Shown here piece after piece: positions 43,837-52,462 of a stretch of 61,790 nt of DNA. Under the pieces are notes generated by a model, which searched no databases, had not been told where the DNA came from, and was given only the letters and a program-made list of their open reading frames with translations. This DNA comes from Paraliomyxa miuraensis. Its GTDB lineage: Bacteria > Myxococcota_A > Polyangia > Nannocystales > Nannocystaceae. Location of the stretch: the NCBI RefSeq assembly GCF_026337845.1, contig NZ_JAOVZF010000146.1:185015-246804 (forward strand), read 5' to 3'. Made by a program: the position numbers and the translations under genes. The stretch's first letter is position 1. The number at the start of each line of letters is the position of its first letter.

Positions 43837-45258
43837 ATGACCCGCGCCAATTCCACCGCTTCCCGTCGCCGCCGCTCCACCAAGACCAGCCGCCGCACCT
43901 TCCTCGGCTCGCTGTGCAGCACCGCGGCTGCCGTTCCCTTCCTTCGCTCGTTCACCGTGGGCGCCCAGGACGATGGCCTCGTTCCGCTGCCCAAGGTGCT
44001 GTTCGTGGGCTTCCCCAACGGCCCCCTGGTGGGTCCCACGGGGGGCTCGGGCTACGCGGGCTGGCGGCCCGCGAGCGCGTCGGCCGGCGACACGCCGCTG
44101 CCGCTCGACGAGGCCGGCTTCCCGCACATCTTCAAGCCGCTGCACCCGTTCCGCGACCGTCTGGTGTTCCTGGAGAACATCGCGTGGATCGACGGCGCCA
44201 ACCCTCATCGGCAGACCTCGGCGCTGCTGACCGGGCGCAGGCGCTACGTGGCGGGCGACATCAAGGACTACACCTCGACGGGGATCTCCATCGATCACTA
44301 CCTCGCCAACCAGTTCGCGGGCGACCCCGACCTCGCCACCAACGTGCTCAACACCGCGTTCCGCATCCAGGGCTACGTGCCCGGCGAGAGCTACTGGTCG
44401 TACACCGGGCCCGGCGAGCGCGTGGAGCCGATTCAGAACCCCGTGGACACCTACCAGCGCGTGTTCGGTGAGGGCCTCGACCAGACCGAGCTCGAGCTGG
44501 TGATCGACCGGCGCAAGAGCGTGCTCGACGTGATCGCCAAGGACCTCGGCCGCATGATGAGCCGCGTGCCCGCGGCGGATCGCCCGCGGCTCGAGCAGCA
44601 CCTCGACAGCGTGCACCAGGTCGAGCAATCGCTGCAGGCGGCGGTGTGCGAGGGAGGCGCCCCGCTGTCGGACTACGACTTCCTCGCGCACGCCAACGGC
44701 CCTCGCGTGATGCGGGACCACGCCGAGCTCATCGCCCAGGGCATGGCCTGTGGCCACACGCGCATCGCGACCCTCCAGTTCAGCGCCTTTGGTGGCCCCT
44801 GCCGCCCCGACTGGGCGGAGCTCGGCATCGCCCACTCCGGTCACGACGAGCACGCGATCTGCCACGCATTCGCCGGCATCGAGAGCCCTGGCGGCGGCCC
44901 GCTGTCGCAGCAGGCTGGTCGAGACCTCGGAGTCGCCAAGGAGGTTGCGTTCAGCAAGATGTTCGCCGACGTGCTCGCACGCCTCGAGGCCACGCCCGAC
45001 ATCGACGGCTCGTCGCTGCTCGACAACACCATGGTCGTCTACGTGCGCCCGATGGGCCGAAACCACGACTCCGACCGCATCCTCTGGATCGTGGCCGGTG
45101 GCGCGGGTGCGGGCGTGAACGGCGGGCGCTGGCTGCAGTTCGCCGACGACGAGAAGCACTACAACGACGTGCTGACCGCAGTGTGCAACCGCATGGGGCA
45201 CCCGGTGGACACCTTCGGCGAGGCGCAGTTCTGCGACACCCCGGTGCCGCTGGGGTAG
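43837..45258 (+). CDS. DUF1552-domain protein with a Tat signal
   Basis: 'SRRTFLGSLCSTAAAVPFLRSF' twin-arginine signal. Typical DUF1552 core 'VLFVGFPNG...LENIAWIDGANPHRQTSALLTG'. Confidence 0.75.
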   Translation: MTRANSTASRRRRSTKTSRRTFLGSLCSTAAAVPFLRSFTVGAQDDGLVPLPKVLFVGFPNGPLVGPTGGSGYAGWRPASASAGDTPLPLDEAGFPHIFKPLHPFRDRLVFLENIAWIDGANPHRQTSALLTGRRRYVAGDIKDYTSTGISIDHYLANQFAGDPDLATNVLNTAFRIQGYVPGESYWSYTGPGERVEPIQNPVDTYQRVFGEGLDQTELELVIDRRKSVLDVIAKDLGRMMSRVPAADRPRLEQHLDSVHQVEQSLQAAVCEGGAPLSDYDFLAHANGPRVMRDHAELIAQGMACGHTRIATLQFSAFGGPCRPDWAELGIAHSGHDEHAICHAFAGIESPGGGPLSQQAGRDLGVAKEVAFSKMFADVLARLEATPDIDGSSLLDNTMVVYVRPMGRNHDSDRILWIVAGGAGAGVNGGRWLQFADDEKHYNDVLTAVCNRMGHPVDTFGEAQFCDTPVPLG

Positions 45259-45279
45259 GCACGAGGCGGTCTCGTCCGC

Positions 45280-46230
45280 TCAGCGAAGCATCAGCCAGCG
45301 CGCCGCGAGCCCGACCACCGCGAGCACCACCCCGAGCACCAGCCAGCGCAAGGACCGAGGGCGGCTGGGTGCCTCGGCCTCGTGCTCTTCCTCGTCGACC
45401 GACGACTCCGAGAACGCGCCGCCCGAGGGCCGCGCCGCTTCCCTTGCGGCCTCCGCCTGGGCTTCCTTGGCTGCTGCCCGCGCGGCCGCCTCCTTTGCTG
45501 CCGTCTCTCGCTCGGCCGCGCGCACTCGGGCTTGTCGTTGCTGCTCGCGCCTTTCCTCTTCGAGTCGAAGCCACGCCTGCTCCAGCCAGTCGTCGGGAGG
45601 TGCGTAGCCCTCGACCACCTCGCGCAGGACGTTTCGCAGCCCCACGAAGCGCCTTGCGTCCTCGCGGATTGCTGCCCAGTCCGACGCATCCTCGCTCAGG
45701 CGGTTGCCCTTGGGTCGCTGGCCCGGCCCGATCTTGCCGCCTTCGACGACCGAGCCCACGTTGCGCCAGCCACGGCTCGTGCGCATCACCAGTCGTGCGC
45801 TCGGCTGCCCGCACACCCGCTCGAGCTCGGCCCACGACAGCCCCAGCAGCGAGCGCAGCACGATCGCATCGCGTCCCACCGGTCGCAGGTGCGCGAGGGC
45901 TCGCACTGCGTTCGCCTGCACCGCCGACAAGCCCTGCCCGTTGGGAGGTCGTCCTCCCGTGCGGCTGCGCTCGAGGCAGCGGTTGTGCCCGACTGCCAGC
46001 ACCACCAGCCGCTCCGAGCCCGCCTCGAGCTCGTGGGCGTGGTCTTGCAGGTGCCCGAGGATCGTGGGTAGCAGCGCCCGTGCCCCCTCGGTCCCCAGCA
46101 TTGCCACGCAGTAGCGATACAGCTCGGGCCCATGCTCTGCGAGCAGTCGTTCCACGAGAGCTCGGCGCTCTTGGGGTTCGGCGGTGGCTGGCACCGGGGT
46201 GAGGGGTTCCGATGGTGTCCGTGCGGTCAC
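45280..46230 (-). CDS. ECF-sigma-like protein fused to a C-terminal coiled-coil and TM anchor
   Basis: Region-2-like 'RALVERLLAEHGPELYRYCVAMLG', region-4 HTH 'GRDAIVLRSLLGLSWAELERVCGQPSARL', then E/R/A-rich coiled coil and 'LRWLVLGVVLAVVGLAARWLML'. GTG start 46230. Confidence 0.55.
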   Translation of the reverse strand: MTARTPSEPLTPVPATAEPQERRALVERLLAEHGPELYRYCVAMLGTEGARALLPTILGHLQDHAHELEAGSERLVVLAVGHNRCLERSRTGGRPPNGQGLSAVQANAVRALAHLRPVGRDAIVLRSLLGLSWAELERVCGQPSARLVMRTSRGWRNVGSVVEGGKIGPGQRPKGNRLSEDASDWAAIREDARRFVGLRNVLREVVEGYAPPDDWLEQAWLRLEEERREQQRQARVRAAERETAAKEAAARAAAKEAQAEAAREAARPSGGAFSESSVDEEEHEAEAPSRPRSLRWLVLGVVLAVVGLAARWLMLR

Positions 46231-46270
46231 GGGCTCGCCAGTCTACCGCGGGCGTCTATCATCGTGGTCC

Positions 46271-47140
46271 GTGCCCGAGTCTTCGACCTCCGATCTCCCC
46301 GACGCGCGCTCTTGTCCCGCCTGCGGCTCATCGCGGTCGACCTGGGCCTTCGTGGTCGCTGGCTTCCCTCACGTGCGTTGTCGCGGCTGCGGCACCGTAT
46401 TCGTCTCCCCCCTGCCTCCCCCTCGCGTGGTCCAGGCGACCTATCTCGATCCCGGGTATCATGGTGACGTTGCTGCGTCCGAGGAGCGCATGCGCGCCGA
46501 GGCGCAGGCGCGGGCCCGGGTCATGCACGATCGTGGTTGTCGTCGCGTGCTCGAGGTGGGTTGCGGTGCTGGTTTCTTCGTAGAGGCCTTGCTCGAGCTT
46601 GGCATCGACGCCGAGGGAGTCGACCCAGGCCCTCAGGCTCAGCGCGCCGCCGCCCGAGGCCTCCCGATCCACCCCATATGGCTCGAGGACCACCATCCTA
46701 GCGCCCCCTATGACGGTGTCGCCATGTTCGAGCTCCTCGAGCACCTACCCGAGCCCGTCGACGCCTTGCGCTGGTGTCATCGTTGGATGTCATCCCGTGC
46801 CACCCTTGCGCTCTCGACCCCGAGTGCCAGCGGCTTGCCTGCCCGCATCCTGGGTCGTCGCTTCCCCATGCTTTGTCCTCCCAACCACCTCGAGGTCTTC
46901 ACGCGTCGGGGAGTAGCTGCTCTTCTCCAGCGCGGAGGTTTTCGCCCCTTCCGCTGGCAGAGCTTCTCCAACCTCGATCATGCCGCTCTCCAGCGCAGCC
47001 TCCAGCGTTTCTTCCTCGGCACTTCCCCCCCCGCCCAATGGGCCTCCGCCGCCATCGCCACCCTGGCCCACCCCCCCGTCCAGCTCATCGACCGCATCGG
47101 CCTAGGAATCTCCTTCGAGGTCTACGCCGAGAACCACTAA
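46271..47140 (+). CDS. Class I SAM-dependent methyltransferase with an N-terminal Cys4 zinc-ribbon
   Basis: 'CPACGSS...CRGCGT' ribbon. Motif I 'VLEVGCGAGFF'. Post-I acidic 'FELLEHLPEP'. GTG 46271 is chosen to avoid overlap with the divergent gene. Confidence 0.7.
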   Translation: MPESSTSDLPDARSCPACGSSRSTWAFVVAGFPHVRCRGCGTVFVSPLPPPRVVQATYLDPGYHGDVAASEERMRAEAQARARVMHDRGCRRVLEVGCGAGFFVEALLELGIDAEGVDPGPQAQRAAARGLPIHPIWLEDHHPSAPYDGVAMFELLEHLPEPVDALRWCHRWMSSRATLALSTPSASGLPARILGRRFPMLCPPNHLEVFTRRGVAALLQRGGFRPFRWQSFSNLDHAALQRSLQRFFLGTSPPAQWASAAIATLAHPPVQLIDRIGLGISFEVYAENH

Positions 47141-47230
47141 CCGCCCCGACTCGCCGCGCCCCGATTCGCCGCACTCCGACTCGCACTCCGACTCGCCGCG
47201 CCCCGACTCGCCGCACTCCGACTCGCAGCG
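47141..47230. repeat. Tandem array of about 6 copies of a 15-bp unit CYCCGAYTCGCCGCR (one unit shortened to 12 bp)
   Basis: Read directly: ccccgactcgccgcg / ccccgattcgccgca / ctccgactcgca / ctccgactcgccgcg / ccccgactcgccgca / ctccgactcgcagcg. Begins 1 nt after the methyltransferase stop (TAA). Confidence 0.6.
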
Positions 47231-47264
47231 GCCCCCGATGTCCCTTGCCACGCCACGCCGATCG

Positions 47265-47401
47265 CAGCGTTGGTGTTTCCGCCCGCGCGCAGTTTGTAGC
47301 GCCGGTTCCAGGCCTTGGTCCTTCAACCATCGCGTAGCGCGGACGTACGCATTCGCGGGGCGCGACCAACTGTTTGAGCACGGGCGGAAACACCAACGCT
47401 G
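47265..47401. repeat. Perfect 21-bp inverted repeat (CAGCGTTGGTGTTTCCGCCCG ... CGGGCGGAAACACCAACGCTG) enclosing a 95-nt spacer
   Basis: Both arms read directly at 47265-47285 and 47381-47401. No ORF support. Could be a structured RNA, a MITE-like element or a recombination site. Confidence 0.6.
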
Positions 47402-47886
47402 CGAAGAGGCGCCCCCGCCGTCACCTCCATCCGCCCGCCAGCCCCCGCCCCTCTCAACCCGCCCCCCCGCCCCGCCCCAGAACCAGAAAGGAAGGGCCGG
47501 GCTCGGACGAGCTCCCAACTCGTCCGCGCCCGGCCTCGTCACTCCGGCCCCGCATTCGGGCTCCCTCACCCTCCCGCACGGCCTCACTCGACGGCCCCTC
47601 GTCTCACTGACCAAGCAGGCCCCGACCACCACATCGGGCTCCCCTGCTCATCCGCGCCAGCGACCTCTGATCCCGCCGATGTCATCTACATTACACCAAC
47701 TTTCCACGATGATCACGTCCCAAGTTGGATAACTAAGCCCCCCCTCCCGCCCCATTGAAGGCCAACTTCGTCAGGTTTCCACCCCCCACCCAACCTCGCC
47801 CCCCAAGATCCTGCACGAAATGTAGTACCGAGTAGGAAATCATCGCCACCCCGGTGTCTCTCCCTTGCAAGCAGGGGACGCCACCG

Positions 47887-49176
47887 ATGACGACCGCACC
47901 GACGCCCGCCGATCGCATCCACCAAGCCGCCGCCTACCAGGCCCAGGCCGCCGCGTGGGCCGCCGCCGGCCGCCCCGATCACGCCGTACACCTCTACGTT
48001 GCCGCCCTCGACCTCCGCCCCGACGACGTCCGGGTGCGAATGATGCTCGCCGACTGCCTCGTCCGCTGCAATCGCCGCTCACCCGCCGCCGCCGAGTACC
48101 TCCGCGTCGCCGTCGCCTTCGGGCAGGCCCGCCGCGACGTCGAGGCGCTCGCATTGCTCCACCAGGTGATCAACCTCGACGCCAGCCAGCTGGTCTACGT
48201 GGTCGTGGCCGACGTGCTGCGCCGGATCGGCCGCCAGGCACGCCCCCTGTGTGCTCGCGCCGCCGAGGCCCACCTGCGAGCCGAGCGCTGGGCCGACGGC
48301 CTCAACATGCTGCGGCTGGGCGCCGAGATCGACGACCGCAACCCGGAGGTTCGCCGCACCCTCGCTCGGCTCTACCTCGGTCGCCACATGATCACCGAAG
48401 CCGTGACCTTGCTGGCCGAGGCCGGCCGCCTGCTGCTGGCCGCGGGCAACAACGCCGAGTACATCGAGGTCGCCGAGCTGATCCTCCAGCACGACCCGCG
48501 CCACCTCGAGACGCTTCGCGAGCTGCCGCGCGTGTACGTGCGCGTCGGCGAGGCCCAGCGCGCCGTGGTCAGGCTCGCCGACCTCATGCGCGTCAGCCCT
48601 GGCGACACCATCGGCTACGAGACCCTGGCCCAGACGTTTGCGGCGATCGGTCGCGTGCCCACGGCGCTGTCGGTGCTCGAGCGCCTGGTCACCGAGCTGC
48701 GCTCGACCGGGCGCACCGCTCAGGCCGATGCGATCATCGGTCGTGCGCTGGGGTGGCGTCACGACGATCCCGGGTTCGTCGAGGCGGTGCGAGCGCTGCG
48801 TGCCCCCCGGCGGGTCACCCCGCCTCCGGTGCCCCGCCCTTCGCGACCGACCACCGCCGAGGGCACGGTGGTGCTCGACATCCGCGACCTCATGGTTGCC
48901 GAGGCCAAGGCCGAGGCCACTCAGATCATCGATCTCGGCGACATCGAGCTCGAGGAGGACACCCAGGTCCATCGCCGGATGACCGCCGACGTGGTGGAGC
49001 TGGTGCTCGACGAGGACTCGGCTGAGCTGGGAGACCGCCGCCGCTCGGGCACTCCCCCGCTGCCGCCCGCCCGCTCGGTCGTGTCGCCCGCTCGCCCTGC
49101 TCCCGCGGCGCGGCCCCGCCGTGGTGCAGTCCTCCCTCCGCCGCCTCGCGCGGTGGCTCGCGCGGTCGGGTGGTAG
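47887..49176 (+). CDS. TPR-like helical repeat protein, hypothetical
   Basis: ATG 47887 (MTTAPTPADRIHQAAAYQAQAAAW...). Repeated Ala/Leu/Arg-rich helix pairs. Pro/Arg-rich tail. Confidence 0.5.
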   Translation: MTTAPTPADRIHQAAAYQAQAAAWAAAGRPDHAVHLYVAALDLRPDDVRVRMMLADCLVRCNRRSPAAAEYLRVAVAFGQARRDVEALALLHQVINLDASQLVYVVVADVLRRIGRQARPLCARAAEAHLRAERWADGLNMLRLGAEIDDRNPEVRRTLARLYLGRHMITEAVTLLAEAGRLLLAAGNNAEYIEVAELILQHDPRHLETLRELPRVYVRVGEAQRAVVRLADLMRVSPGDTIGYETLAQTFAAIGRVPTALSVLERLVTELRSTGRTAQADAIIGRALGWRHDDPGFVEAVRALRAPRRVTPPPVPRPSRPTTAEGTVVLDIRDLMVAEAKAEATQIIDLGDIELEEDTQVHRRMTADVVELVLDEDSAELGDRRRSGTPPLPPARSVVSPARPAPAARPRRGAVLPPPPRAVARAVGW

Positions 49177-49260
49177 CGCGGCGGGATCCGGCTCGCATCC
49201 AGCACGGCGTCTAGTAGGATCTCGGGCACCTGCCCCGGTTCCTTCCCGGGGTCCGTGCCC

Positions 49261-50754
49261 ATGGTCAGCGAGAGCGCCGTCCTCTTCAAGCTCGGGACCC
49301 ACCCGGTCACGCCCAGCGACGTCGTGGGCCTCGCCGATGGGCGCTATCGCGCGGTGCTCGACGAGGACGACGCCCACCGCAAGCGACTGCGACGCGGAGC
49401 CGAGATCGTCACGCGCCGGCTCGAGGCGGGCGACGCCCTGACCGGGCTGCTCGACGGCACCGAGCACCAGCCCGACGACGCCTGGGGTCTGATCCAGCGC
49501 CACACCACCGCGACCGAGCCGATGCTGCGCGACCGCGAGTCGGCGGCGGTGTTGGCCGTGCGCCTGGTGGTGCTGGCGCGCGGCTACTCGGGCGTTCGCC
49601 TCGAGGTGCTCGAGCTGCTGTGCGAGCTGCTCAACCGACGGGTACTGCCGAGGATCCCCGCGAGCACCCCGGGCTCGGGCGACGGCGGGCTGGTGCCCAT
49701 GTCGTACGTGGCGGCCACGCTGCTGGGCAAGCGCGAGGTGAGCTACCTGGGCCGGGTGGTGCTGGCCACCGAGGGCCTGCGCGCGGCTCGGCTCCAGCCC
49801 GTGGAGCTGCGGCCGAGGGAGGCCATGGCCATCATGAGCGGCACGTCCATGGCCACCGGTCTGGGCTGCCTGGGCTGGGATCGTGCGCGTCGCCTGGCCC
49901 GGTTCTCCACGGCGCTGATTGCGATGGCCTACGACGTGACCCAGGGCAACCCGCGTCACCTCGATCCGCGCCTCGACGGGCTCAAGCCCCACGAAGGCGT
50001 GCGCACGGCGGCGCAGTGGCTGCGCGAGGACATCGAGCAGAGCAAGCGCGGCGACGAGCGCAAGCCCGTGGATCCCGGGGTGCTGCGCTGCGCCCCGCAG
50101 GTGCTGGGCGTGCTGGTCGACGCGGCACGCAGCACCGCCGCCACGCTCGAGGTGGAGCTCGCCAGCGTCAGCGACGCCCCGGTGGTGCACCCCACCACCG
50201 GCGAGCTGCTGGTGGGGGGCAACAGCCACGGGGCCCACGTGGCCTACGTGCTCGACGGGCTCAAGAGCGCCGTGGCCGCGACGGCCAGCTTGCTCGAGTG
50301 CTCGCTGGCCCTGGTCTGCGATCCCGATGCGAGCCGGGGCCTGCCTCGCGATCTGGTGGCCGACCCGGCCACGGGCCGCCCGGGCTTTCGCTCGCTGCGG
50401 TCGAGCGCCGCGGGGCTCGCGGCACAGGTCCGCAAGCATGCCCTCCCCGGCACCGGCTTCCTCACGGCGCTCGGCCCCGAGCACGACCTGCCCTGTCCCG
50501 CCCAGCTCGCGGCCATCGACTGCCTGCGCGTGCTGTCGCTGGCCGAGACGATCGCCTCGATCGTGGCCCTGGCCATGTGTCAGGCGGTGGATCTGCGCGA
50601 CGGCCAGGGCTGTCATCGCCGCGCCAGTGCGCTCTACGGGGCCGTGCGTCAGCTGGTGCCCATGCTCACCGAGGATCGTGCGCAGGACCGCGACGTGGTG
50701 ACCGTGCTGGAGCTGTTCCGCGCCGGCCTGCTGCCGCTGGGCTCCTTCGACTGA
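49261..50754 (+). CDS. Aromatic amino acid ammonia-lyase/aminomutase family homolog (HAL/PAL/TAL-like) with an atypical MIO region
   Basis: Family blocks 'GYSGVRLEVLELLCELLN', 'SGTSMATG' (for NGT), 'VLRCAPQVLG' (for YSxRCxPQ). The MIO position reads 'TPGSGDGGLVPMSY' rather than 'GASGDLAPLSH'. Confidence 0.8.
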   Translation: MVSESAVLFKLGTHPVTPSDVVGLADGRYRAVLDEDDAHRKRLRRGAEIVTRRLEAGDALTGLLDGTEHQPDDAWGLIQRHTTATEPMLRDRESAAVLAVRLVVLARGYSGVRLEVLELLCELLNRRVLPRIPASTPGSGDGGLVPMSYVAATLLGKREVSYLGRVVLATEGLRAARLQPVELRPREAMAIMSGTSMATGLGCLGWDRARRLARFSTALIAMAYDVTQGNPRHLDPRLDGLKPHEGVRTAAQWLREDIEQSKRGDERKPVDPGVLRCAPQVLGVLVDAARSTAATLEVELASVSDAPVVHPTTGELLVGGNSHGAHVAYVLDGLKSAVAATASLLECSLALVCDPDASRGLPRDLVADPATGRPGFRSLRSSAAGLAAQVRKHALPGTGFLTALGPEHDLPCPAQLAAIDCLRVLSLAETIASIVALAMCQAVDLRDGQGCHRRASALYGAVRQLVPMLTEDRAQDRDVVTVLELFRAGLLPLGSFD

Positions 50755-50806
50755 TGGAGTCGGAGGCGAGGCCTCGCGGAAGCTGGTAGGGTGACGGGCC
50801 GTGAGC

Positions 50807-52462
50807 ATGCGCTGCCCTCGCTTCGGGATGCAGTGGTTGGGCGCCCTGGCGGTGCTGTGTGCGGTGGGCTGCGCCGACGAGTCCGCAGACGTCGTGCGCA
50901 AGACCATCGGGATCGACGGTGGCCTCATCAGCTCGCACGACGAGGTGCTGACCCTCGTGTTCCAGCCCGGCGCGCTCACCCGCGACCACGAGATCGAGAT
51001 CTTCCCCAGCGACGAGCCCCCGCTCGTGTTCGGCCCCGCCTATCGCGTCAAGCCCGACATCGAGCTGTTGGTCGACGTGGAGGTCACCTACCGCCGCGCG
51101 CTGCCCAACGACACCGAAGCGGTCGCCGTGGCGGCGATCCGCCTCGACGACTACACCGCGGAGGAGGGTCACTGGGTGCCGCTGCCGCGGCTGACGATCG
51201 ACGTGGCCTCGGGAGCGCTGCTGGCCAGCGACTCCGAGCTGTCGCTCTACTACGGCATGCTCGAGGGCAGCGGGGGGATCACCACCGCCACGACCACGAG
51301 CGACACCGGCCAGGGACCGGGCGGGCCGACCGATGGCAGCGGCGAGGAGACCACCGCGGGCACGACCGACGAGCCCACCACGAGCGATCCCACCACCGCG
51401 CCCGGCTGTGGAGACGGCTCGGTGGAGCCCGGCGCGCCGTGCTTCGGGAGCACCGACTTCACCATGGGCGGAGCGCCCGTCGGCGTGGCGCTGGGCGACT
51501 TCGACGGCGATGGCGACCTCGACGTGGCCACGGCCAACGCCGAGGGCAGCTACAGCGTGCGCCTGGGCAACGGGCAGGGCGGCCTGGGGACCGAGCTGGG
51601 CGACGCCGTCGGCACCGGGCCCACCGCGATCGGGGCCGGTGATCTCGACGGGGCGATGGGCGACGACCTCGTGATCGTCGCGGCGGGCGCGGGCCAGATG
51701 GCCCTGCTGCAATCGCAGGGCGACGGCACCTTCTCGCTGATCCCGGTGCCGCTGTCCGAGAGCGACCCGGCCGCGGTGCTCCTGGCCGATCTGACCGACG
51801 ACGGCGGGCCCGACATCGTGATCGCCAACCGCGGGAGCGGCTCGATCACCTACTTCTCGTTCATGGGAGGCCTGGGCGGCGAGACCGTCTACTCGGCGGG
51901 GATGGTGGCCGCGCCCGCGGGGCTGGCCTACGGCCAGTTCGATCTCGACAACGACATGTTCGAGGACGTGTTCGCGTTTGGTGGGGGCAGCTACTCGGCC
52001 CTGCCCGGCGATGGCTTCGGGCTCGCCGACGCGCCCGTGGGCGGCTCGCTGGGCACGGACCTGCGCGGGGCGGTGGGCGGCTCGCTGGGCGGAACCGACG
52101 CGGGGGATGCGGCGGTGGCCGATCACGCCGAGGGAGGCGTGTACGTGCTGCTGGGCAGCGGAGCGCCCAATGGCTTCACCGCCATGGACTTCCATGCCAC
52201 CGGGGCCGGGGCCATCGACGTGGCCGCGGGCGACGTGACCGGCGACGGCGAGATCGATCTGGTCGTGGCCAACCAGGATGACGACACGGTGACCGTGCTC
52301 GAGAAGACCGGCGCCAGCAGCTGGGGCAACGCCACCGACGTCGCCGTGGCCGGGGGTCCCTCGGGCGTGGCGGTGGGCGACCTCGACGGGGATGGGATCG
52401 CCGACATCGTGGTGTCGTGCGAGACGGGCAATGCCATCACCGTGCTGATCTCGAACCCATGA
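50807..52462 (+). CDS. FG-GAP/VCBS-repeat (integrin-alpha-like beta-propeller) lipoprotein
   Basis: Lipobox 'LAVLCAVGC', T/G-rich linker, then repeated 'GDFDGDGDLDVA', 'GDLDGDGIADIV', 'DVTGDGEIDLVVAN' FG-GAP Ca-binding motifs. Confidence 0.75.
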   Translation: MRCPRFGMQWLGALAVLCAVGCADESADVVRKTIGIDGGLISSHDEVLTLVFQPGALTRDHEIEIFPSDEPPLVFGPAYRVKPDIELLVDVEVTYRRALPNDTEAVAVAAIRLDDYTAEEGHWVPLPRLTIDVASGALLASDSELSLYYGMLEGSGGITTATTTSDTGQGPGGPTDGSGEETTAGTTDEPTTSDPTTAPGCGDGSVEPGAPCFGSTDFTMGGAPVGVALGDFDGDGDLDVATANAEGSYSVRLGNGQGGLGTELGDAVGTGPTAIGAGDLDGAMGDDLVIVAAGAGQMALLQSQGDGTFSLIPVPLSESDPAAVLLADLTDDGGPDIVIANRGSGSITYFSFMGGLGGETVYSAGMVAAPAGLAYGQFDLDNDMFEDVFAFGGGSYSALPGDGFGLADAPVGGSLGTDLRGAVGGSLGGTDAGDAAVADHAEGGVYVLLGSGAPNGFTAMDFHATGAGAIDVAAGDVTGDGEIDLVVANQDDDTVTVLEKTGASSWGNATDVAVAGGPSGVAVGDLDGDGIADIVVSCETGNAITVLISNP

